Shown piece after piece: positions 49,328-56,891 of a stretch of 64,000 nt of DNA. Every line of letters begins with the position of its first letter. Positions within the stretch are counted from its first letter, which is position 1. Under the pieces are notes generated by a model. The model had not been told where the DNA came from, did no database searches, and was given only the letters and a program-made list of their open reading frames with translations. Source of the DNA: Gammaproteobacteria bacterium (GTDB taxonomy: Bacteria; Pseudomonadota; Gammaproteobacteria; CBDBNL01; JAAOII01); the NCBI GenBank assembly GCA_965209035.1, contig OZ242372.1, positions 1,440,001 through 1,504,000 of the forward strand, written 5' to 3'. Both the position numbers and the translations under genes were made by a program.

Positions 49328-50083
49328 ATGGACCTGGGTATTGCCGGCAAGATTGTCGTGATCACCGGCGCCGCACAGGGCATCGGTAAGACCACCGCCG
49401 CGACATTCGGCAAGGAAGGCTGCAAACTCGCGCTGGCGGATATCAACACCGAGAAGTTGCAGCAGACCGGACAGGAGCTTGCCGCCGCCGGCTATGATGT
49501 CCTCACCTTGGCGGCGGACATCACCGACGCCAAGGCAGTGGATCACCTTTATGCGACTCTAAGACAAGAATGGGGAGATGCGGACTTCTTGATTAACAAC
49601 GCCGGCATCACAGAGCCCGCGCCCTTTGAGCAAACCGAACTCTCTTCCTGGCGGCGGGTGATGGCGGTGAACTTGGACGGGGCGTTTTTAATGAGCAAGC
49701 ACGCATTCGCCGGGATGAAGCAAAAAGGCGGCGGTGTGATCGTCAATCTGGGTTCTTTTGCCGGCAAGCGCGGAACGCTGTTTGGCAACAATGCCTCCTA
49801 TACGGTGTCCAAGGCCGGCGTGATTGGCCTGACAAAATCTTTGGTAGTGGAAGGAGCGCCGCACGGCATCCGAACCCTGGCGGTCTGCCCCGGCATAGTG
49901 GAAACCGATATGATCCTGGCCCACGACGCAAAAACGCGGCAAAAGTTGGCGGGGTTAATCCCGCTCGGGCATCTGGCATCGCCGCAACAGATCGCCGATG
50001 TCATCGTCTTTCTCTGTTCCGAGCGCGCCTCACATCTGACCGGCAATGCCTTGGATGTTAACGGCGGTCTCTATATAGACTAA
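49328..50083 (+). CDS. SDR family NAD(P)-dependent oxidoreductase
   Basis: TGAAQGIG, NNAG, YTVSK, PGIVETD, VNGG. Confidence 0.93.
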   Translation: MDLGIAGKIVVITGAAQGIGKTTAATFGKEGCKLALADINTEKLQQTGQELAAAGYDVLTLAADITDAKAVDHLYATLRQEWGDADFLINNAGITEPAPFEQTELSSWRRVMAVNLDGAFLMSKHAFAGMKQKGGGVIVNLGSFAGKRGTLFGNNASYTVSKAGVIGLTKSLVVEGAPHGIRTLAVCPGIVETDMILAHDAKTRQKLAGLIPLGHLASPQQIADVIVFLCSERASHLTGNALDVNGGLYID

Positions 50084-50109
50084 CCGGGGAACTAACCCGC
50101 GGCAGTTTT
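50043..50109 (+). repeat. left copy of a ~70-bp direct repeat (SDR 3' end + downstream)
   Basis: gcaatgccttggatgttaacggcggtctctatatagactaaccggggaactaacccgcggcagtttt. Confidence 0.85.
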
Positions 50110-50228
50110 AAAAATCCTAAAATCATCTAAAAAAACGCCGAGTCCAAAACCGGGCGGGGTGATACAAGTTAAACCAAAGTAAAAATCATTCGTTATGGTA
50201 TAAACTGCGGTATAATTTGATGTAAAAT

Positions 50229-50840
50229 TTGTATGAGATTATGATCGTTCAAAAAAAGCAAAAACCTACATCCGTATACAAATCGGAGCATATTGCAAAC
50301 TTCTTTATCCGGGAAGCGATTGATGAAAAGATGAACATCGACTTGCTGCGGCTGATAAAGATGTGTTATTTCGGCTATGGTTGGGTCCTGTCAATCATGG
50401 ATGGCAAAAAACTCATAGAAGAGGACATACATGCTTGGAAGTTTGGTCCTGTTATTCCTTCCGTATACCATGCCTTTAAGCATTGGGAGTTGCGACCAAT
50501 CACCAAGTTTGTGCCCAGTATGGAAATATCAAAAGACGAAAAAATTCAAGAACTAAAATACCGTTCTGTTAACGAAGACACCATGGAAGGCAGAATACTG
50601 TCTATCGTTTGGAATGCTTATAAGCATAAAAGTGTTAACGAGGTTGTATCTTTGACACATCAACCCGGAACTCCGTGGGCCGAAACTTATCACCCCGGTG
50701 AAAGAGATATTATCATACCAACTCATAAAATCAAAAAACACTTTGATGCGATCATACAAAAAAGAATCGAACAACTGGACCGAAAGAAAAACAATGCCGA
50801 ACCGGAACCAAGAGAAAAAAGTAAAACAGCTTGCGGTTGA
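50229..50840 (+). CDS. Panacea (DUF4065/GepA-like) domain antitoxin
   Basis: IANFFI, LRLIKMCYFGYGW, AWKFGPVIPSVY..FK, LTHQPGTPW. Confidence 0.88.
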   Translation: MYEIMIVQKKQKPTSVYKSEHIANFFIREAIDEKMNIDLLRLIKMCYFGYGWVLSIMDGKKLIEEDIHAWKFGPVIPSVYHAFKHWELRPITKFVPSMEISKDEKIQELKYRSVNEDTMEGRILSIVWNAYKHKSVNEVVSLTHQPGTPWAETYHPGERDIIIPTHKIKKHFDAIIQKRIEQLDRKKNNAEPEPREKSKTACG

Positions 50841-50868
50841 ATATCCCAAAAGCCCCCAAAGCAAGGAT

Positions 50869-50942
50869 GCAATGCCCCGGATGTTAACGGCGGTCTTTAT
50901 ATAGATTAGGGACTAGCCGGGGGACTAACCCGGCGGCAATTT
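50869..50942 (+). repeat. right, diverged copy of the SDR 3'-end direct repeat
   Basis: gcaatgccccggatgttaacggcggtctttatatagattagggactagccgggggactaacccggcggcaattt. Confidence 0.85.
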
Positions 50943-51093
50943 CTTGCCCTTGCCTGTTTTGTAAGATTAACTCTTTCTTGCCGGGATAAGAGGGCAAGAG
51001 AGCAAGGGACAAACAAGGAGTAAGGAGGCGGAGATGCGGAGAGTTTCCCGGATTAATGAAAACTCCAAATCAACGCCTAATTCCTAATTAATG

Positions 51094-52053
51094 TCAATAA
51101 CGGGGATGGATAATACTGAGTCCGGGCGCGCCCCAACATTCGGACCCCATACTGCGTGCCATGAAGGCGAGCCCTTCGGTTTCTATGTGCAGGTGATAAG
51201 GTTCCTCCGGATAACACAACCCGCGGCGGTGGATGTCCGCATTGATCAGCAACATCGTTGCCCCGACGCCGTCCAGAGAGACCAGATCATATTCTTTGAA
51301 GTCCGCCAAGTATTTTCTGCCGAAACCGACCGGCGGCTGTATCAGACCGTCTTTGATGTAGGAACGCCAATTCCTTTTTTTGTCGTCCGTGTACTTAAAA
51401 CTATTCAGATCAAAAGTCATCCCCTTTTCGTCCGTGCAATGCGGGACAATAATGTCTTTGCGATGGGAAAGCAAACTCCGGATGATGTCCGGCGGCCAGT
51501 AAATAAGATCCGCGTCCACCCAGAGGACCCATTGATGTTTGGATTGCAACGCCTCATTTAATAGATGATTGCGCGCCTTGGCAATGACCGCGCGCCGCTG
51601 GCGTTGGAGGCCGCGTCGCCACCTTGCCCGCGAGGGCGAGACGGTAAAATTGAAATCCTTTTTATACAATTGTGCGCCGGCAAACTGTTGGCGTAACTGC
51701 GGCAACAATTGCGTCAAACTTTCATAGGTCCCGTCCGTGCTGTCCCCTTCGGAAAATGCCAAATAAATACGCTCCTTCGGATAGTCCAGGGAAGACAGAT
51801 TCTTCATCAAGGTCGGCAAAAATCGTTTAACATTTTTGCACGGAAGGGCGATTAAAATAGCCGCGTCCGCGTCCTCTCCCTCTTTTCCCTTGTTCCGTGG
51901 ACTTTGCGCGGGTTCTTCTTTAATGCAATCTTCGGCGCGGCTGAACTGTGCCGCCGGGATGAATTGGCTGAGACGCGTCCCCCAAAGGGCGGCGAATATC
52001 GTATCTCGGATCGTATAAACCGTGTTCAGGATTTTTCGGGCGATTCTTCTCAT
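51094..52053 (-). CDS. Anp1/Mnn9/Van1-like (GT62-like) glycosyltransferase
   Basis: L.YP.E.I.L.F..GDSTD, KKDF, Q..RR..IAKARN.LL, WVLWVDAD, DLNSF, LDGVG, IETEGLAFMA..MG. Confidence 0.8.
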   Translation of the reverse strand: MRRIARKILNTVYTIRDTIFAALWGTRLSQFIPAAQFSRAEDCIKEEPAQSPRNKGKEGEDADAAILIALPCKNVKRFLPTLMKNLSSLDYPKERIYLAFSEGDSTDGTYESLTQLLPQLRQQFAGAQLYKKDFNFTVSPSRARWRRGLQRQRRAVIAKARNHLLNEALQSKHQWVLWVDADLIYWPPDIIRSLLSHRKDIIVPHCTDEKGMTFDLNSFKYTDDKKRNWRSYIKDGLIQPPVGFGRKYLADFKEYDLVSLDGVGATMLLINADIHRRGLCYPEEPYHLHIETEGLAFMARSMGSECWGAPGLSIIHPRY

Positions 52054-52057
52054 AGGG

Positions 52058-53140
52058 TCACTGCTCGAATGTTAGGATGATGGGCGAGAAGCATTTGTGA
52101 AACTTCTCCCCCCATTCTTTAAACCAGGCATGATATTCCCCCCAATGCTCTTTTTTAGAAATGTCTCCGTTTCTCTCAAGAAGAATGCGGCTGTCTGTTT
52201 TATCCGGAAGTTCCCGCCAATCCAATTTTGTGTTTAATTCATTTTCTATGGATTCTTTATGCTGTTCCAACAACTTAAATCCGTCGGGTCGAGCTCTGCC
52301 GCCTATGTAGATTGCACATCCCAGTTTTTTATGCTTCCCGCTAACGGTAAGGTTAATAGAGAAACCTGTTTTACCAACAGAAATCGGATAGTAATTACCT
52401 GGGCTTGGCTTTGCAAGCCCTAATTTTGTTCCGTTTTCTTCCATATATTCTTTCAAGGATTGCCAAAAATCTTGATACAGTAAATGCATGGGAGAAGGAG
52501 GGTGGCTTTGTTTTTTTGCTTCTTTTGCCCACTCGTTCGGACTACAAACCACATGAAACTTCGGGGCAGGTTCGGAGTTCCCGATTTTCCACAACTCTAT
52601 TTGTACACCAAAAAAACCATACTCCTCATCGGATGTTTCATTCAACCAATCAAGCGCCTTTCTGTGTTCTTCGGTTATTTTTTCACTAATCCAAATGATG
52701 ATTTCAGCATCCGCACCGGCCGCATAGGTAATGATTTGTCCGAGATGACCGTGATCAGTATCTCCAAATTGATTTTCTATGACCACTGTGCGACCGGTAG
52801 CCGTCTCCTCGGCAACGATGTCCGCCTTGTATTTGCCTATCTTAACTTCCGTTCCGCGTAATTCCAAGTCGGACAGCCCCAGGCTATCGCTTAAGAGTTG
52901 AAGATTCTCCGCCAGCCAGGGCGTAAAATCTCCTGCCTCGTTCTTCCAGACCTTTTCCCGACCCACAGGTTCCAGTTTTGCTAACTTGTTCAAAATCAAT
53001 TTTTTCGGTTCCAAATAATGACTTATTTTAGCATGAACGGATGCCGCGACTGCATCGGCCGCACCCCTGTATAATCCCCTCCAATCCTTAGCATGGCAAC
53101 TCTTATGTGGCATCTTTGCTTTCAAGTTGAAACCGCTCAC
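52058..53140 (-). CDS. DUF4268-domain protein with N-terminal PD-(D/E)XK-like (NucS/Mrr-type) domain
   Basis: VWKNEAGDFTPWLAENL, ADI...VIENQ...TDHGHLGQIITYAAG, EHRKALDWLN, LDWREL; true start probably near 53000. Confidence 0.8.
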   Translation of the reverse strand: MSGFNLKAKMPHKSCHAKDWRGLYRGAADAVAASVHAKISHYLEPKKLILNKLAKLEPVGREKVWKNEAGDFTPWLAENLQLLSDSLGLSDLELRGTEVKIGKYKADIVAEETATGRTVVIENQFGDTDHGHLGQIITYAAGADAEIIIWISEKITEEHRKALDWLNETSDEEYGFFGVQIELWKIGNSEPAPKFHVVCSPNEWAKEAKKQSHPPSPMHLLYQDFWQSLKEYMEENGTKLGLAKPSPGNYYPISVGKTGFSINLTVSGKHKKLGCAIYIGGRARPDGFKLLEQHKESIENELNTKLDWRELPDKTDSRILLERNGDISKKEHWGEYHAWFKEWGEKFHKCFSPIILTFEQ

Positions 53141-53222
53141 CGAAAAACCGTGTCAACGGGCAATCGTACTTGGAAAACACAAGGCGGAAGCCTATTCCAT
53201 AGAATAAATCAAAAACCTTCTT

Positions 53223-54194
53223 GTGTTCTATTTGTTCTATCCGTCGCTGCTTGTCTTGGGCTTGGCTCTGCTGATCTGGGGTGCCGGTATGCTGATCCGC
53301 GGTGCCGAATCTCTTGCCGGCACCTTTGGCATTTCTTATGCCGTCATAGGCGCTCTGGTGCTCGGCTTCGGCACTTCCATGCCGGAACTTGCCATATCGG
53401 TTGCGGCCGCCATTAATCAAACGCCGGAAATCGCCTATGGCAACGCCGTTGGCTCCAACATCGCCAACAGCGCGTTAATTCTCGGGACGGCCGCGGTGCT
53501 CTCCGCATCGCCGGTGATCTTTGCGGGCAACCTCTTGCGTAATCAGTTACTGCTCAACTTAATGGCGGTCCTTGTATTTGTCGCCGCCTGCTTATCCGGG
53601 TATCTTGGCACCTGGCAAGCGTTGATCTTTTTAACGGGTTTCGCCTTCTGTGTGCGCGTTATTTTGCGAACCCGTCAAAAAGAAGAGCCTGGGGCGGAAG
53701 CAACCGGAGAGAAACAAGCAAAACTCTCCTTTTTGATTCCGCGGATCCTCCTTGGACTTGTTACCGTCGTGGTGGCTTCCCAACTGACGGTCATCGGCGC
53801 CGGGGAGAGCGCGCATCTGCTCGGGGTGTCGGAGCAATTGATCGCACTTAGTCTGGTGGCATTCGGCACCTCGCTGCCCGAATTGGTCATCACCATTCGT
53901 CTTGCCAAACGCAATCACTCGGAACTCATTCTCGGCAATCTGCTGGGCTCCAACATTTTTAATCTCTTTCTGGTGCTGCCTGTGGCGCATCTGTTTGTGC
54001 CGTTTGCATTACCCGCGGAAGATTTTTTACGCGACGGCGGCACTTTGCTGCTGACAACCCTGTTATTTTTCTTCTTTTGTTTTTCAAGAAGCGGGCAACG
54101 CAAACTGGGTAAAACGCAAGGGGTGATTTTGTTATGTGTTTACTTTGCTTATATTCTGTCATTGACCGAAAGCGGTTTGCGCATAATCTCATAA
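53223..54194 (+). CDS. calcium/sodium (CaCA) antiporter, YrbG-like
   Basis: Two alpha repeats GTS(M/L)PEL and GN..GSNI.N. Confidence 0.92.
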   Translation: MFYLFYPSLLVLGLALLIWGAGMLIRGAESLAGTFGISYAVIGALVLGFGTSMPELAISVAAAINQTPEIAYGNAVGSNIANSALILGTAAVLSASPVIFAGNLLRNQLLLNLMAVLVFVAACLSGYLGTWQALIFLTGFAFCVRVILRTRQKEEPGAEATGEKQAKLSFLIPRILLGLVTVVVASQLTVIGAGESAHLLGVSEQLIALSLVAFGTSLPELVITIRLAKRNHSELILGNLLGSNIFNLFLVLPVAHLFVPFALPAEDFLRDGGTLLLTTLLFFFFCFSRSGQRKLGKTQGVILLCVYFAYILSLTESGLRIIS

Positions 54195-54496
54195 AGGTTC
54201 CGGACTCTGAGTTTGGTATGGTGCGTCCTCAAATTAAAGAGCCGGCGATTCGCGGCGATTCGCGGCGGTTAGAGGCTCTGGCGGACGGGTCGCAAATAGA
54301 TGTGGAGCTAAGATAAATGAAACGGGCAAGCAAGACGCATAGTTGTTTTGCTAAGGATATGCCGGCATTCAACGCCAAGTTCATCGCATGGCTGGCTTGG
54401 TATCATCGCGAACGTCCTCATTATGCTCTCAAACAGCTCTCGCCGTTCCGGTTTTTACCAAAACAAAAAAGTACGAAAATGGGTGGAGATGATACA
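54178..54496 (+). mobile_element. MITE-like internally deleted copy of the IS481-family element
   Basis: 54178-54352 matches the reverse complement of ~44511-44675; 54353-54496 matches the reverse complement of ~43949-44095; ends ...gataca. Confidence 0.88.
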
Positions 54497-54581
54497 ATTT
54501 GCGTTTCTCCTCCTTATAATAATTAATGATGACAAAGTTATTAAGGTTATTCGTTAAAAAATTCAATATAAAAGGGGAGTT

Positions 54582-55604
54582 ATGACAGTATTATTTTTGA
54601 TATTAATCGTTCTTGCAGTCATCGTCGTTGGCGGCTTATTGTATCTTTATTCCCTGCCCGCGGACTACAAGGTCAGCAGAACCCGAACGATGCATGTGTC
54701 GGCGGAAAAAGTTTTCAATCGTGTTTTGGACTTTCGTTCCTGGGGCGAATGGAGTCCTTGGCTCATGCACGAACCGACCGCCGAACGGAAGTTTGGCGAC
54801 GAGGCGGAAGTGACCGAAGTCGGCGGGTTTTACACATGGAGTGGCAAGGCCATTGGAGCGGGGAAATTGACACATGTCGGGATTGAAAAGCCGGTTCATA
54901 TAGAACAAAAAATCGAATTCAGAAAACCTTTTCGCAGCGTATGCAAGGTGGAATGGGCATTTGCCACAACGCAAAAAGGCGGGGCGGAATTCACCGAAGT
55001 AACCTGGAGCATGCAAGGACGAATGCCTTTTCTCTTTCGTTTCATGACAAAGAAGATGGACGGGATGATTGGGATGGATTATGAGATGGGACTCCTAATG
55101 CTTAACCGATTATTGGACGGCCGGGCGGACCGATTTGAGTTGGATTTTACCGGCAAGGTTAGCCGACCCGCGAGTATTGCCGCCTATGCGGCATGCAGCG
55201 GTTCTATGTCCGAACTGGCTGTGACTATGAAACAGGCTTTTGACAAGGTATTTGGAATTCTCAAGCAACGGAATATCCAACCGGTCGGGCCGGCATTTGC
55301 CGCATACCATAAAGTCAATATGAAAAAAACGCATTGCACATATGATTGTGCAATTCCCGTTGACGAGTCGGTCGGCGATACCACTTACACCAAAAACTAC
55401 CCGGGCGGCGAATATTTTAAGATCCGCTATCGCGGCGGTTACGATTATATGAAACATGTCTGGTATGCGGCCATGAGTCATGTCCGGATGAACAAATACA
55501 AATGGGACAGATCGCGCCCGCCTTTGGAAGTTTACGAAAAAGACATGACAAAAACCGACACGCCGAATGACTATGTCACGGATATTTATGTTCCGATCAA
55601 GTAA
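54582..55604 (+). CDS. SRPBCC + GyrI-like small-molecule-binding domain protein with N-terminal TM anchor
   Basis: DFRSWGEWSPW, YTWSG..IGAG, IGMDYEMGL..L; C-terminal Y.G.Y, EVY, TDIYVPI. Confidence 0.85.
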   Translation: MTVLFLILIVLAVIVVGGLLYLYSLPADYKVSRTRTMHVSAEKVFNRVLDFRSWGEWSPWLMHEPTAERKFGDEAEVTEVGGFYTWSGKAIGAGKLTHVGIEKPVHIEQKIEFRKPFRSVCKVEWAFATTQKGGAEFTEVTWSMQGRMPFLFRFMTKKMDGMIGMDYEMGLLMLNRLLDGRADRFELDFTGKVSRPASIAAYAACSGSMSELAVTMKQAFDKVFGILKQRNIQPVGPAFAAYHKVNMKKTHCTYDCAIPVDESVGDTTYTKNYPGGEYFKIRYRGGYDYMKHVWYAAMSHVRMNKYKWDRSRPPLEVYEKDMTKTDTPNDYVTDIYVPIK

Positions 55605-56226
55605 GACACCCCGTTGCCGCAATTTAGTTTGCGGTTATCTCGCTCTCGTTCTTTTATTATCCGGCACCACTCTCAAGGCAGAGGCGGCCGAAGTCAAAGC
55701 CATTTTTGCCGGGGGCTGCTTCTGGTGTATGGAACAGGCTTTTGATGCTGTGGAAGGCGTCACACAGACTCTGGCCGGCTATACGGGAGGAAAATTGGAA
55801 AATCCCACCTATAATCAGGTGGGTTCCGATAATACCGGCCATCGCGAAGCCCTCCTGGTCTATTATGACGACGAGAAAGTGAGCTACCCGCAACTTTTGG
55901 ATGTTTTCTGGAAAAATATTGATCCCCTTGACGACAAGGGACAATTCTGTGACAAAGGTTTTTCTTATACGAGCGCCATTTTTTACCTCAGCAAGGAACA
56001 GCAAGCGGCCGCCTTGGCAAGTAAAAAGGAATTGATCGCAAGCAAGGTCCTGAAAAAGAAACCGCTGACACCCATCATCAAAGCGGGTAAGTTTTACTTG
56101 GCGGAAGATTATCATCAAGATTACTACATTCGCAATCCGCTCAAGTACACCTATTACAAATACGGTTGCCGCAGACCCCAGCGTCTTAAGGAACTCTGGG
56201 GAGATGCCGAAAAAACATCCGGATAA
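55567..56226 (+). CDS. msrA: peptide-methionine (S)-S-oxide reductase (probably exported)
   Basis: FAGGCFWC, GYTGG, GQFCD.G..Y, FYLAEDYHQDYY; start uncertain. Confidence 0.93.
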   Translation: MTMSRIFMFRSSKTPRCRNLVCGYLALVLLLSGTTLKAEAAEVKAIFAGGCFWCMEQAFDAVEGVTQTLAGYTGGKLENPTYNQVGSDNTGHREALLVYYDDEKVSYPQLLDVFWKNIDPLDDKGQFCDKGFSYTSAIFYLSKEQQAAALASKKELIASKVLKKKPLTPIIKAGKFYLAEDYHQDYYIRNPLKYTYYKYGCRRPQRLKELWGDAEKTSG

Positions 56227-56300
56227 GGCTTATCGTATTAAAACGATGGCATTAAAAAGAAAAAAGATGACGAATCAATTGATTACAAAAAAATGTAGGG

Positions 56301-56804
56301 GGCCAGGCTAATTGAGAGGTAAAACATAAGCATAAATGCCGGTAAATACAAGGAAAAATCGGTATGTTTTCCGCTCAAGAATTTCGGCGAGGAAATTTCG
56401 GCAGATGATCAAGCTATTTGCCCCGGATCTTGATGCCAATAAAATAGCCATGCTGACCGGATTAAATCGTAATACGGTGAACAAATATTTGATGATGTTT
56501 CGGCAACGGCTGGCGGCGGCGTGTGGTTACCCCCAAAAATCTTGTGGTGAATTTGAAGTGGGTGAGAGTTATTTTGGACCAAAACATGTTTCCGGTCCTC
56601 GTGGTCGCGGTGCCGGCAGCAAGACCATGGTCGTTGGTGTGCTCAAACGCGGTGGCAAAGTGTCTGCGGAGATTGTGCCGGACTGCTTAAAAAGCCGCAA
56701 AAAGCCGGTTATTACGCGTGATTCGTGGTCATGTGGGCGAGGATAGCATCATCCGCACGGATAGCCGGAAGGGTTAGAATGGATTGATTGATAGGGGCTA
56801 TCAG
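56301..56804 (+). mobile_element. truncated, degenerate IS1595-family transposase
   Basis: ORF 56336-56746: RSRISARKFRQ, EVGESYFG (catalytic D lost), GPRGRGAGSK, LKRGGKV; after a frameshift IRTDSRKG*NGLIDRGY. Confidence 0.85.
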
Positions 56805-56891
56805 AATTCTGGAAGTTAGGTTATGATTGTTATGATTAAAGAAACAAACGATTTATACTTTATAAAAACACCAATTAATAGCCACTAAAAA

